DNA of 64,000 nt from Vulcanimicrobiota bacterium (GTDB lineage: Bacteria; Vulcanimicrobiota; Vulcanimicrobiia; Eremiobacterales; Eremiobacteraceae), in contig CAVYXC010000004.1 in assembly GCA_963772515.1 (NCBI GenBank), positions 361,131 through 425,130 on the forward strand. Direction: 5' to 3'. This document shows positions 1 to 9,565 of this stretch, one piece after another (within the stretch, counting starts at the first letter, position 1; every line of letters starts with the position of its first letter). The notes beneath the pieces are model-generated. The model saw only the letters and a list, made by a program, of their open reading frames with translations. It made no database searches and was not told where the DNA came from. Made by a program: the position numbers and the translations under genes.

Positions 1-102
1 CGCGAGCGATGAAATGGGAGGCGGCCCACGCGAGCGGCACATATCCGAAAGACGCGCCGCATCTCCCGGTGGTGGACATCTATGCCGAGGACACGGCGCC
101 CG

Positions 103-666
103 ATGTCCCTTGAGCTGTGGAGCACGGTCTTCTCCGGCGCGACGTTCATCGTCATCGCCGCGACCGCCATCGCCGCCCTCATCCAGCTGCGGCACATGCG
201 CACGGGCAATCAGCTCAACGCGCTGCTCACGCTCATGCAGATGTGGGATACGCCCGACATGCAAACGCATATCCAGTATTCGCGCACCGCACTCCAGCCG
301 AAATTCAAAGATCCGACGTTCCTCGCGCAATATGCGGAAGGGGGCCTCTCACGAGCCGAGCACCCGGAAATGCTCGTCGCTGACTATTGGGAGCAGATCG
401 GGACGTTCATGAAGTATTCGCTGGTGGACGAGCGATCGTGGCTCGACATATCGGCCCCACAGGTGCTGCGCTCGTGGGATGACCTTTGGCCTGCGATCGC
501 CGCGCAGCGAGCTCAATTCGGAGACTCCGCGTTTGAGAATTTCGAATACGTCGCCGTGCGGGCCAAACTGTGGCTCGCGCGCTACCCGGACGGCGTCTAT
601 CCACCCAATCTGCCCCGCATGGCGCAGCTCAAAAGGGCGCAACCTCAGCCCCCCGCGAGCACATGA
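103..666 (+). CDS. Uncharacterised membrane-anchored protein, paralog A of a 3-member family (N-terminal TM helix; conserved QLRHMR...NQL and FENFEY...YPPG motifs)
   Basis: ORF 82..666; likely start at second Met (MSLEL) by alignment with paralog 2414..2983; clear sequence similarity to ORFs 2414..2983(-) and 50387..50911(-); stop overlaps pfk start (ATGA). Confidence 0.5.
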   Translation: MSLELWSTVFSGATFIVIAATAIAALIQLRHMRTGNQLNALLTLMQMWDTPDMQTHIQYSRTALQPKFKDPTFLAQYAEGGLSRAEHPEMLVADYWEQIGTFMKYSLVDERSWLDISAPQVLRSWDDLWPAIAAQRAQFGDSAFENFEYVAVRAKLWLARYPDGVYPPNLPRMAQLKRAQPQPPAST

Positions 667-1916
667 GCGACTCAGGCCGCACGCTCGGCGTCTTGGTCGG
701 GGGCGGCCCGGCGCCGGGCATCAATAGCGTCATCGCCGCGGCGACGATCGAGGCGATCAACGAGGGCTGTGCAGTCATCGGCATCTATGACGGTTTCCAA
801 TGGCTGGCGCGCGGCGACACGACGCACGTGACGCGACTGGAGATCGACGACGTCAGCCGCATCCATTGGATCGGCGGCTCGATCCTGCGCACCTCGCGCA
901 CGAATCCGGCCAGAAACGACACGACCCTGGCTAGCTGCGTGGCCGCGTTGCGCGCGCTCGGCATCACCGACCTGGTCTGCATCGGCGGCGACGACACGAC
1001 GTTCGGCGCGGCCAAGATCGCTGAAGCTGCCGGCGGCGCGATCCGCGTCGTCACCGTGCCCAAGACGATCGATAACGATCTGCCCTTGCCCGAGAACATG
1101 CCGACTTTCGGCTTCGAGACCGCGCGCGCAGTGGGCTCGGGCATCGTCGAAAGCCTCATGGAGGATGCCAAGACGACCACGCGTTGGTACGTGGCGGTCT
1201 GCATGGGCCGCAAGTCCGGCGCGCTCGCGCTCGCGATCTGCAAAGCCGCCGGCGGCACGCTGGCGGTCATCCCCGAGGAATTCGCCGGCTCAAGCGTATC
1301 GCTCGAGTTGGTGGCGGACATCATCATCGGCAGCATGATCAAACGCCGCTGGATGGGCCACGACCACGGTGTGGCGATCGTCGCCGAGGGCGTCGTCGAG
1401 CGTCTCGACGAGCATTCGCTGGCGGGTCTGAAGAACGTGCCGCGCGATCAATACGGACATATCCGCATCAGCGATCTCGATGTCGGGGATGCGGTGCGCG
1501 GTTTCGTGCGCCAGCGGCTCGAGGCGCTCCACTTCGAGGCGACGGTGATCAAGAAGGAGATCGGGTACGAGCTGCGCTGCGCCAAGCCGGTGGCGTTCGA
1601 CGTCGAATACACGCGCACGCTCGGCTACGGCGCCGTGCGCTATCTGATGCGTGGAGGTTCGGGAGCGATGATCGCATTACGCGGCGGACGAGTCGAGCCG
1701 GTGACGCTGGATGACATGCTCGACCCCGCCACAGGGCGCATCCGCATCCGGGTCGTCGACACGGCGACCGAAGCCTACGAGGTCGGTCGCAAGTACATGA
1801 TCCGCTTGGAGGCGGCCGATCTGGAAGAGCCGCGACTAGGGGAGCTTGCCAATACCGCGGGCATGTCCGCACCCGCTTTCAAAGCGCGCTTCGCCCCCAC
1901 CGTTCTCGCCCAATAA
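663..1916 (+). CDS. pfk: 6-phosphofructokinase (GGDD motif suggests PPi-dependent type)
   Basis: Internal Met of ORF 570..1916 (MSDSGRTLGVLVGGGPAPGINSVI...); motifs GGGPAPGIN, CIGGDDT, PKTIDNDL typical of PFK family; ATG at 663 overlaps upstream stop. Confidence 0.85.
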   Translation: MSDSGRTLGVLVGGGPAPGINSVIAAATIEAINEGCAVIGIYDGFQWLARGDTTHVTRLEIDDVSRIHWIGGSILRTSRTNPARNDTTLASCVAALRALGITDLVCIGGDDTTFGAAKIAEAAGGAIRVVTVPKTIDNDLPLPENMPTFGFETARAVGSGIVESLMEDAKTTTRWYVAVCMGRKSGALALAICKAAGGTLAVIPEEFAGSSVSLELVADIIIGSMIKRRWMGHDHGVAIVAEGVVERLDEHSLAGLKNVPRDQYGHIRISDLDVGDAVRGFVRQRLEALHFEATVIKKEIGYELRCAKPVAFDVEYTRTLGYGAVRYLMRGGSGAMIALRGGRVEPVTLDDMLDPATGRIRIRVVDTATEAYEVGRKYMIRLEAADLEEPRLGELANTAGMSAPAFKARFAPTVLAQ

Positions 1917-1919
1917 TTC

Positions 1920-1945
1920 ATGGAGCGGTCGAATTTATTCGACCG
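1920..1945 (+). repeat. Copy a of dispersed 26-bp palindromic element ATGGAGCGGTCGAATTTATTCGACCG, between convergent pfk and anti-sigma genes
   Basis: Exact consensus; 9-bp inverted arms CGGTCGAAT/ATTCGACCG with 2-nt spacer; recurs at 5 other loci in window. Confidence 0.8.
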
Positions 1946-2368
1946 TTAGCTGTGCGCCCGCCGGCGCTTGAGCAGGCGCACTGTCGTGCCTTTGCCCTCG
2001 CAGTTGTGCTCGACGCGATCCATCAGCGTGCGCATCAAGAAGATGCCCATCCCGCGATCCGGCATCCGGCGGCTCGAAGTTTCGGCCAACGTCTGAACGT
2101 CGAAACCAACGCCGTTGTCCGATACCTCGATGACCAGATCGATGCCGTCGAACGTGCAGCCGAGGCTGAAGTGCCCGCTGGGCACGTGGCCGTGCTCGGT
2201 GGCGTTGTTGCACGCCTCGCCGACGGCCAGCGCGATGTCGCACACGTCCGCGAAATCAAAGCCGCAGTCGATGGCGAAGTCGGCGACCGCATGACGTGCC
2301 TCCGCAACGGAAGTAAAAGCGCTCGGGTAGAGCGCGTTGAAGCCGTCTCGATCTCTTGATTCACGCAC
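1946..2368 (-). CDS. Anti-sigma regulatory factor, RsbW/SpoIIAB-like Ser/Thr kinase (HATPase_c)
   Basis: 140 aa; HATPase motifs (EACNNATEHG, SDNGVGF, GMGIFLMRTL) typical of RsbW-like anti-sigma kinases; no STAS partner seen nearby. Confidence 0.7.
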   Translation of the reverse strand: MRESRDRDGFNALYPSAFTSVAEARHAVADFAIDCGFDFADVCDIALAVGEACNNATEHGHVPSGHFSLGCTFDGIDLVIEVSDNGVGFDVQTLAETSSRRMPDRGMGIFLMRTLMDRVEHNCEGKGTTVRLLKRRRAHS

Positions 2369-2413
2369 GATCGATTGATCTATACCCGCAAGTCCGGGAC
2401 GTCAAACCGTCGT

Positions 2414-2983
2414 TCATAATTTCGTCTGTCGCGGCAAAAGTTGAGGCACGCCGGGCGGATATGAGCTCGGATGCTCGACCGCAAAGCGACGCGAAAGCGC
2501 GGCGAGGTACTCGAAATCCTCCCAGATCGCGTCGTCGCCATGCGCGAGCCGCTCGAGCTTCACATAGCCCTCCAAACGCCGCCACAGCCCGTCGATCGGC
2601 CCGCAGTACTGCTCGAAGAACAAGCGCTGGTCGACGACGCCGTTACGCACCAACGTGCCCATGACCTCGACAGCGTTGGCGATCATCAAAACGGCTTGGC
2701 GAAGCACTTCGTAGCGCTCGTTGCCGTGCGTCGCTCGCAGAGCCGCGTCGTCGGTGACGAACTTGCGGTACCCTTCGTCGTTCGAAAGATCGCCCTCGCG
2801 ATGGATCAGCGCCACAGCTTGCTGATGGGCGTCATCGTCGAGCATGGTGCGCAACGTGAGAAAGCCCGTGATCTGGTTGCTCGCCCGCAGGTGGCGCAGT
2901 TGCACGAGCGCCGCGATCGCTGACGCTCCGATGACGATCGCCGTCGCGATGGTCGCGATGGCGGTGATCAGTTCAAGCGACAT
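2414..2983 (-). CDS. Uncharacterised membrane-anchored protein, paralog B of the family, 45 bp upstream of the anti-sigma kinase gene
   Basis: 189 aa; N-terminal TM helix; VQLRHLRASNQ and WEDFEYLAALSRRFAVEHPSSYPPGVP motifs shared with paralog A. Confidence 0.55.
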   Translation of the reverse strand: MSLELITAIATIATAIVIGASAIAALVQLRHLRASNQITGFLTLRTMLDDDAHQQAVALIHREGDLSNDEGYRKFVTDDAALRATHGNERYEVLRQAVLMIANAVEVMGTLVRNGVVDQRLFFEQYCGPIDGLWRRLEGYVKLERLAHGDDAIWEDFEYLAALSRRFAVEHPSSYPPGVPQLLPRQTKL

Positions 2984-4226
2984 GTTCCCCCTTTGATCCT
3001 ACAGACGACCACGCCACCAGATTGACGCCGAAATAGTAGCCTAGCTCGCGATAATCGCTGATGTCCAGCTTCACCAGATCCGCAGGCCGGCCCGGCGCGA
3101 TGCAGCCGGCGACGCCGGCAGCATCAAGCGAGCGCGCCGCCATCACGGTGATACCGGCGATCACCTCAGGTGCGCTCATCCCTAGCCGGCGTCGAGCGAC
3201 GTGTGCGACCTCTTGCAGCGAGTAGCACGGACAGGTGCCCGGGTTGAAATCAGTTGCCAGCGCGACCGGAACGCCCTCGCCGATCAGCGCGCGCGCCGGC
3301 GCAAAGCGCGGCAAGCTGAGATACTGCGCCGTCGCCGGGCACAGCACCGCGATCGTGCCTGCGTCTCGCAGGTTAGCGATATCGGCATCATCGATGAAGT
3401 TGAGATGATCGGCCGTCATGCAGCGCAGCCGCGCCGCGAGTGCTGCACCGCCGCTTGCGCCAAGCTCGTCCGCGTGGATGCGCAGCTGCATACCGCGCGC
3501 CGCGCACGCTTCGAGAAAGCGTGCGCTTTGTCGCGGCGTGAAATACCCGCGCTCGCAGAACGCGTCGGCGAACCGGGCGATGCCCGTCTCGGCCGCTGCG
3601 GGAAGAATCGTCGCGATGAGCTCGTCGACGAACGCGTCGTAGGAGGTGAATTCGGGCGGCAGCGCGTGCGCGCCGCAAAACGTCGCGATGACGTGCGGTA
3701 TATCAGCGGCGCGATCCAACGAGGCCAACGCCTGGAGCGACCTGCGCTCGCCCGCGGGAGTGAGCGTGTAGCCCGTTTTGATCTCCGCCGTCGTCGTGCC
3801 ATGTTCGAGCATGGTGGCCAGCCGGCGTCGTCCGGCCTGGATCAATCCATCGAGATCGAGCGCGCGCGTCTGCTCGACCGTGTAGGCGATGCCCAGTCCG
3901 GGCGGCTCGCCGCGTGACAGCGCCTCGAAGTCGGCGACGCGGTCACCCGCGAAGAGCGCGTGGGTGTGCGCGTCGACGAACCCGGGCATGACGACGCACC
4001 CCTGCGCGTCGATCACCTCCACATCGGCATATGGAGCGGCCGAATCTATTCGACCGTGCATGACCTCCACGATCACGCCATCGCGCACGATAACGGTCGC
4101 GTCGCGCATGATGCCTAGATCGTCTTCGCCGACGCGGGCGTCGCCGTTGACGCGCGCCGCCAGCGGCGCCATGGTGAGCAGCGTCGCGTTGACGATCGCA
4201 TACGATGCCGCCGTCGGCGCTACCAC
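2973..4226 (-). CDS. hutI: Imidazolonepropionase
   Basis: ORF 2973..4319; amidohydrolase motifs (PGFVDAHTH, KTGYTL, IHADE); probable GTG start overlapping ftcD stop, alternative start at 4319. Confidence 0.8.
   Translation of the reverse strand: MVAPTAASYAIVNATLLTMAPLAARVNGDARVGEDDLGIMRDATVIVRDGVIVEVMHGRIDSAAPYADVEVIDAQGCVVMPGFVDAHTHALFAGDRVADFEALSRGEPPGLGIAYTVEQTRALDLDGLIQAGRRRLATMLEHGTTTAEIKTGYTLTPAGERRSLQALASLDRAADIPHVIATFCGAHALPPEFTSYDAFVDELIATILPAAAETGIARFADAFCERGYFTPRQSARFLEACAARGMQLRIHADELGASGGAALAARLRCMTADHLNFIDDADIANLRDAGTIAVLCPATAQYLSLPRFAPARALIGEGVPVALATDFNPGTCPCYSLQEVAHVARRRLGMSAPEVIAGITVMAARSLDAAGVAGCIAPGRPADLVKLDISDYRELGYYFGVNLVAWSSVGSKGEHVA
4031..4056 (+). repeat. Copy b of 26-bp palindromic element, antisense and in-frame inside hutI (encodes HGRIDSAAPY loop)
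   Basis: ATGGAGCGGCCGAATCTATTCGACCG, 2 mismatches to consensus. Confidence 0.7.
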
Positions 4227-5095
4227 GTCACCGCGCGCGGATCGATCGAGTCGAGATGGAGATAGTATGCGGCAGATTCGGCGATCGCTGAGAGCGGTGA
4301 CAGCCCGACCAATTCGCACCCGGCGACGGAGACGCCGGCGGCTGCCGCCTCGCGCCGGATCAGTTCGGTCACGCGATACAGCGGAATCGCATTGACGTCG
4401 ACGACGTTCATCGACACCTGGACCATCGAATCGGACAGCGCAAAGCCGAGTGCCTTGATGCCGACCAATCCGCCGCTGCGCCGGCGCACGGCAAGCGCGA
4501 TACGCTCGGCCAGTGCCAGATCCCCGCTGGCGAGGTTCACGTTGAAAGCGATGAGGAAGTTGCGCGCGCCGACCGCCACGATGCCCGCGCTTGGATGCAG
4601 CGCCGGTTCGCCCGTGTCGGGATGGCGCGCTCGATCTTTGACCGTCTCGATCAGCCCTTCGAACTGGCCCTTGCGCACGTTGCCCAAGTCGCGCCGTTCC
4701 GGCCGCGTCGCCGCGAACTCATAGAAGTAAGACGGCAGCTGGTATCGCTCCCACAGCTGCGCGGCGCACTGGCGCGCGAGCCCGACCGCGTCGTCCATCG
4801 TCGCGCCGCTCACGGGGATGAACGGGATGACGTCGACCGCCCCCATGCGCGGGTGCTCGCCGCTATGCGAGCGCAGATCGACGCGCTCGATCGCCGCGCC
4901 CGCGAGCCGCACGGCGGCGCCGAGCACGCCTTCGCCGCTGCCCACGAAGGTGTAGACAGAGCGGTTGTGGGCGCTGTCGCTTTGCGTGTCGAGCAACACG
5001 ACATCCGGACCGGCCGCCGCGGCGCCGATCGCCGCGATGACATCCGCGCGCCGGCCTTCCGAAACGTTAGGAACGCACTCGAAGACGCTTGCCAT
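4220..5095 (-). CDS. ftcD: Glutamate formimidoyltransferase (formiminotransferase domain only)
   Basis: Internal Met of ORF 4220..5995 ([16 protein letters not shown]...); FT-domain-like; N-terminal part of long ORF is antisense shadow of mccB; ATG verified at 5093-5095. Confidence 0.75.
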   Translation of the reverse strand: MASVFECVPNVSEGRRADVIAAIGAAAAGPDVVLLDTQSDSAHNRSVYTFVGSGEGVLGAAVRLAGAAIERVDLRSHSGEHPRMGAVDVIPFIPVSGATMDDAVGLARQCAAQLWERYQLPSYFYEFAATRPERRDLGNVRKGQFEGLIETVKDRARHPDTGEPALHPSAGIVAVGARNFLIAFNVNLASGDLALAERIALAVRRRSGGLVGIKALGFALSDSMVQVSMNVVDVNAIPLYRVTELIRREAAAAGVSVAGCELVGLSPLSAIAESAAYYLHLDSIDPRAVTW

Positions 5096-5164
5096 ATGCT
5101 TGGCGCTCCCGTTGGCCTCGTGCAGGCGCCGTCCCTTGCGAGACGTAAGTTGAGACGCACCACG

Positions 5165-6772
5165 ATGGCCGTCATAGAATCGCGCGTCGATCCCGCGTCG
5201 CCAGAGTTCGCCGCAAATCGCGAGCGCTTTGTGTCGCTGCTCGAAGAGCTTGCGGCGCGCCACGCGCTCGTCGCGCGCGGCGGCGTCGCTGAAGCGCTGG
5301 CAAAACACGTCGCGCGCGGCAAGCTGCCTGCGCGCGAACGCGTCGAGCTGCTCATCGACCCGAATTCCGCGTTTCTCGAGTTTTCCGCGCTCGCCGCATG
5401 GGATATGTACAAGGGCGACGCGCCGAGCGCCGGCATCGTCACCGGCATCGGGCACGTCGAAGGCGTCGAGTGCATCATCGTCGCCAACGACGCCACCGTC
5501 AAAGGCGGCACCTATTTCCCGCTGACGGTCAAAAAGCATCTGCGCGCGCAGGAGATCGCCGAGCAGAACCATCTGCCATGCATCTATCTGGTCGACTCGG
5601 GCGGCGCGTTCTTGCCGCTGCAGGACCAGGTCTTCCCGGACCGCGAGCACTTCGGGCGTATCTTCTATAACCAAGCGCAGATGTCGCGCAAACGCATCCC
5701 GCAGATCGCGTCGGTGATGGGGTCGTGCACCGCCGGCGGCGCGTACGTCCCCGCGATGTCGGATGAGACGATCATCGTCAAAGGCGAAGGCACCATCTTT
5801 CTCGGCGGCCCGCCCTTGGTCAAAGCGGCGACCGGCGAGATCGTCAGCGCCGAAGACCTTGGCGGCGCGGACGTGCACGCGCGCATCTCCGGCGTCAGCG
5901 ACCACTATGCGCTCAACGACCGTCACGCGCTCGCCATGTGCCGGGAGATCGTCGCCAACCTCAATCGCGCCAAGCGCACTCCCTGGCCGGTGCAAGAATC
6001 GCGTCCGCCCAAGTACGATTCACAAGAGCTCTACGGCATCGTGCAGCGCGATTGGCGCAAACCGTACGAAGTACGCGAAGTGATCGCGCGCATCGTCGAC
6101 GGCAGCGAGTTCCACGAATTCAAGACGCTCTACGGCGAGACGCTGGTGTGCGGCTTCGCCCACATCGAAGGCAACCCGGTGGGCATCTTGGCCAACAACG
6201 GCATCTTGTTCTCCGAAAGCGCGCTCAAGGGCACGCACTTCATCGAGCTGGCGTGCCAGCGCGGCGTGCCGCTCGTGTTCTTGCAGAACATCACCGGTTT
6301 TATGGTCGGTAAGAAATATGAAGAGGGCGGCATCGCCAAGGACGGCGCCAAGCTCGTGATGGCGGTGGCCAACGCGAACGTTCCCAAATTCACCGTCATC
6401 ATCGGCGGCTCGTTCGGCGCCGGCAACTACGGCATGTGCGGGCGCGCGTTTTCGCCGCGCCAGCTGTGGATGTGGCCCAACGCTCGCATCTCGGTCATGG
6501 GTGGCCCGCAAGCGGCCAACGTCCTGTTGACGGTCCGCCTCGAAGCGCTGGAGAAGAAGGGCGCGACGATGACCGAACAGGAGCGCGCCGAATTCATGCG
6601 TCCGACGCTTGAGAAATATGAGGCCGAAGGCAACCCCTACTATAGCACTGCGCGGCTGTGGGATGACGGCATCATCGATCCGGCCGACACGCGGCGCGTG
6701 TTGGGCATCGGCATCTCAGCTGCCGCCAATGCCCCGCTGGAACCCACGACCTTCGGCGTCTTTAGAATGTAG
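5165..6772 (+). CDS. mccB: Methylcrotonyl-CoA carboxylase carboxyltransferase (beta) subunit
   Basis: Internal Met of ORF 4595..6772 ([22 protein letters not shown]...); acyl-CoA carboxyltransferase family; final codons ATG TAG lie in palindromic element copy c1. Confidence 0.85.
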   Translation: MAVIESRVDPASPEFAANRERFVSLLEELAARHALVARGGVAEALAKHVARGKLPARERVELLIDPNSAFLEFSALAAWDMYKGDAPSAGIVTGIGHVEGVECIIVANDATVKGGTYFPLTVKKHLRAQEIAEQNHLPCIYLVDSGGAFLPLQDQVFPDREHFGRIFYNQAQMSRKRIPQIASVMGSCTAGGAYVPAMSDETIIVKGEGTIFLGGPPLVKAATGEIVSAEDLGGADVHARISGVSDHYALNDRHALAMCREIVANLNRAKRTPWPVQESRPPKYDSQELYGIVQRDWRKPYEVREVIARIVDGSEFHEFKTLYGETLVCGFAHIEGNPVGILANNGILFSESALKGTHFIELACQRGVPLVFLQNITGFMVGKKYEEGGIAKDGAKLVMAVANANVPKFTVIIGGSFGAGNYGMCGRAFSPRQLWMWPNARISVMGGPQAANVLLTVRLEALEKKGATMTEQERAEFMRPTLEKYEAEGNPYYSTARLWDDGIIDPADTRRVLGIGISAAANAPLEPTTFGVFRM

Positions 6773-6782
6773 CGGTCGAATT
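6767..6782 (+). repeat. Half copy c1 of palindromic element (ATGTAGCGGTCGAATT), contains mccB stop codon
   Basis: Left half of consensus only; 9 nt upstream of full copy c2. Confidence 0.6.
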
Positions 6783-6791
6783 ACAGATAGG

Positions 6792-6814
6792 ATGTAGCGG
6801 TCGAATTTCGACCG
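6792..6814 (+). repeat. Copy c2 of palindromic element (ATGTAGCGGTCGAATTTCGACCG), in mccB-hydratase intergenic region
   Basis: Consensus arms with shortened spacer. Confidence 0.75.
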
Positions 6815-6830
6815 TTGAAGGAGTGAACCC

Positions 6831-7613
6831 ATGGCCGACAATGTGACGGTTGCTCGTGACGGCGGCGTCGCGCGCTTGACACTGAACAATCCGGAGAAGC
6901 GCAACGCATTCGACCCGACCATGATCCAAGCGATCAGAGGGATCTTCGATGGCTTCTCCCACGACGAAGCGCTGCGCGTGGTCGTTCTCGCCGGAGCAGG
7001 GCCCGTGTTCTGCGGCGGAGCCGACGTCAACTACATGCAGGCGAGTCTCGACATGACGGCCGACCAGAATCTCGAGGACTCCATGAAGCTCGCCGGCATG
7101 CTGCATGCCGTGAACGCGTGCCCCGTGCCGGTCCTCGCACGAGTTCACGGTGCGGCATTGGGTGGCGGAGCTGGCGTGCTCGCCGCGTGCGATCGCGTGA
7201 TCGCGGCCGACGACACGTCGTTCGGCTTCACCGAAGTGAAACTTGGCCTCGTGCCGGCCGTCATCTCACCGTTTGTGATCGCCAAGATCGGTGAGACGCA
7301 CGCCCGAGCGCTCTTCACCACCGGCGAACGATTCGACGGGCAACGCGCGCTGCGCATCGGGCTCGTCCATGACGTGGTCCCGGGGGCCAATCTCGATGCG
7401 GCCGTGCAGGCGGTCATCGGCGAAGTGCTCAGCGGCGGTCCAGCCGCCACGCGATTGGCAAAGGAGATCGCGCTTAACGTGCCGCGGCTCGCGCCGGAGC
7501 AAATCGGGCCGTGGACCGCGCGTCGCCTCGCTAACCAGCGCACCAGCGACGAAGGACAAGAAGGTCTGCGCGCGTTTCTTGAAAAGCGCGACCCCTCGTG
7601 GCGCCAAAAATAA
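6831..7613 (+). CDS. Enoyl-CoA hydratase (methylglutaconyl-CoA hydratase-like, crotonase family)
   Basis: 260 aa; crotonase fold motifs; position between MCC subunits; RBS GGAG upstream. Confidence 0.8.
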   Translation: MADNVTVARDGGVARLTLNNPEKRNAFDPTMIQAIRGIFDGFSHDEALRVVVLAGAGPVFCGGADVNYMQASLDMTADQNLEDSMKLAGMLHAVNACPVPVLARVHGAALGGGAGVLAACDRVIAADDTSFGFTEVKLGLVPAVISPFVIAKIGETHARALFTTGERFDGQRALRIGLVHDVVPGANLDAAVQAVIGEVLSGGPAATRLAKEIALNVPRLAPEQIGPWTARRLANQRTSDEGQEGLRAFLEKRDPSWRQK

Positions 7614-9565
7614 GACGTATCGAACGCCTCCTTATCGCCAATCGCGGTGAGATCGCGGTGCGCATCGCCCGCACGTGCCGCGCGATGGGCATCACGTCGA
7701 TCGCCGTCTATTCGGACGCCGACGCCGAAGCGCTGCACGTGCGCGAGTGCGACGAGGCGCTGCGCATCGGTCCGGCGCCCGCGCGTGAGTCGTACCTCGA
7801 TATCGGCAAGATCGTCGCCGCCGCTCGCGGCTCGCGCGCGCAGGCCGTTCATCCTGGCTACGGATTTCTCTCCGAGAATGCCGATTTCGCTCAGGCGTGC
7901 CTGGACGCGCAGCTGACCTTCGTCGGCCCGCCACCCGCGGCGATGGAGGCGGTCGGCGATAAGATCGCAGCCAAACGCACGGCGGCGACGGTCGGCGTCC
8001 CGACCGTGCCCGGTTATCTGGGCGAGCAACAAGACGTCGACGTGTTCGTCCGCGAGGCCAAGCGCATCGGCACGCCGCTTATCGTCAAGGCCGCAGCGGG
8101 CGGCGGCGGCAAGGGGATGCGGCTGGTGCGCGACGTGGCGCAACTGCGCGACGCCCTCGAAGGCGCGCAGCGCGAAGCGTGTTCGGCGTTCGGCGATGGC
8201 ACTGTTTTCCTCGAGAAATACTTGGAGTCGCCGCGCCACGTCGAAGTGCAGATCCTGGGCGATCGTCACGGCGCATACGTCCACCTCAACGAGCGCGATT
8301 GCTCTATCCAACGCCGCCATCAGAAGATCGTCGAAGAAACCCCTTCGCCGGCGGTCACGCCACAGCTGCGCGGCGAGCTCGGTGCAGCGGCGTTGCGCAT
8401 CGCTGCGGCGGTCGGTTATGAGAATGCCGGCACCGTCGAGTTCATGCTGACTCCGGACGGGTCGTTCTACTTCCTCGAAGTGAACGCCCGATTACAGGTC
8501 GAGCATCCGGTGACCGAGATGGTCACGGGCGTCGATCTGGTGCGCGAGCAGATCGAGATCGCAGCGGGCGGGAAGCTTCGACTTGCGCAAGGTGACGTCG
8601 CGCCACGCGGCCACGCGATCGAAGCGCGCATCTACGCCGAGGACCCCGACAATGGTTTCTTGCCCTCAAGCGGGCGCGTGCTCGACGTGCACTGGCCGTC
8701 TGGCCCGGGGATCAGAGTGGACGCGGGCATCGACGCTGGGTCGACGGTGACGACCGATTACGACCCGATGTTGGCCAAAGTCATCGCGCATGGTGCGTCG
8801 CGCGAAGAGGCGCTTGGCCGTCTGCAAACGGCGCTGCGCGAGTGTCACGTGGCGGGGATCTCCACCAACGTCGGATTCCTGCGCTGGCTTGTCCACGAGC
8901 CGGACTTCGCGGCCGGCAAGGCGGCCACCGATTTTCTCGACACGCATCGCTGGCCGGGTGCAAGCGTAGACCCCGACAACGAGGAGCTGTGGGCGTTGGC
9001 GGGAGCGGGCACGCTGCAAACGCTGGGTTCCTGGCGGCCGGCTCCGCAGCCTCGCACCATACGTTTCGTCGGGCCCGCCGCCCACACGATCGATGTGACC
9101 TTCGACTGGCGCACCGGCGGGTGGCGCTGCCGCGAAGGAGAGCGCGAGGCGATCGTGCGAGCGGCTGGCAAGCCCTCGCACTTCGACGTGCTTGAGTCAG
9201 CGCAGCCGCACCGAGCGCGCGCGTGGCGCACCCGCGACGGCGTGGAACTCGCCGTCGGCGAGCCGCCGCAGCGACGTACATACACGGTCGACGCCCTCGA
9301 AGACGTCGCGCACGCTGGCGCGCATGCCGCCGCGCGCGCGGGTTCCGGCTCCGCGACCGCGCCGATGAGCGGCACGGTGGTGAAGATCGAATGCGCGCCA
9401 GGTGCGCCCGTGAGTGCGCACCAAGTGCTTGCCGTGATCGAGGCGATGAAGATGGAACACGCGATCGCCGCGCCCTTCGATGGCCGCGTGCGTTCGGTCA
9501 ATGTCCGGACGGGCGATCGCGTCGATGCCGGCGCGGTGCTCGTCGAGATCGAGCCGGCGGCATGA
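7598..9565 (+). CDS. mccA: Methylcrotonyl-CoA carboxylase biotin carboxylase + BCCP (alpha) subunit
   Basis: 655 aa; LIANRGEIA N-terminus; C-terminal biotinyl motif EAMKMEH; GTG start overlapping hydratase end. Confidence 0.85.
   Translation: MAPKIRRIERLLIANRGEIAVRIARTCRAMGITSIAVYSDADAEALHVRECDEALRIGPAPARESYLDIGKIVAAARGSRAQAVHPGYGFLSENADFAQACLDAQLTFVGPPPAAMEAVGDKIAAKRTAATVGVPTVPGYLGEQQDVDVFVREAKRIGTPLIVKAAAGGGGKGMRLVRDVAQLRDALEGAQREACSAFGDGTVFLEKYLESPRHVEVQILGDRHGAYVHLNERDCSIQRRHQKIVEETPSPAVTPQLRGELGAAALRIAAAVGYENAGTVEFMLTPDGSFYFLEVNARLQVEHPVTEMVTGVDLVREQIEIAAGGKLRLAQGDVAPRGHAIEARIYAEDPDNGFLPSSGRVLDVHWPSGPGIRVDAGIDAGSTVTTDYDPMLAKVIAHGASREEALGRLQTALRECHVAGISTNVGFLRWLVHEPDFAAGKAATDFLDTHRWPGASVDPDNEELWALAGAGTLQTLGSWRPAPQPRTIRFVGPAAHTIDVTFDWRTGGWRCREGEREAIVRAAGKPSHFDVLESAQPHRARAWRTRDGVELAVGEPPQRRTYTVDALEDVAHAGAHAAARAGSGSATAPMSGTVVKIECAPGAPVSAHQVLAVIEAMKMEHAIAAPFDGRVRSVNVRTGDRVDAGAVLVEIEPAA

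Noticed and set aside
1920-1948. MERSNLFDR micro-ORFs encoded by the palindromic element as a conserved peptide
   Set aside because: Downstream reading frames and lengths differ at every copy; one copy has TAG at codon 2 and one is antisense in a gene, so conservation is at the nucleotide or structure level.
4595-5164. N-terminal extensions of track ORFs (4595-5164 of mccB, 9223-9561 of hmgL, 20521-21225 of hutU, 21723-22232 of cmk, 38521-39534 of ispD, 50376-50624 of TPR gene)
   Set aside because: Extensions are antisense or out-of-frame overlaps of neighbouring genes with Arg-rich composition; conserved N-termini begin at internal start codons, which were verified in the sequence.
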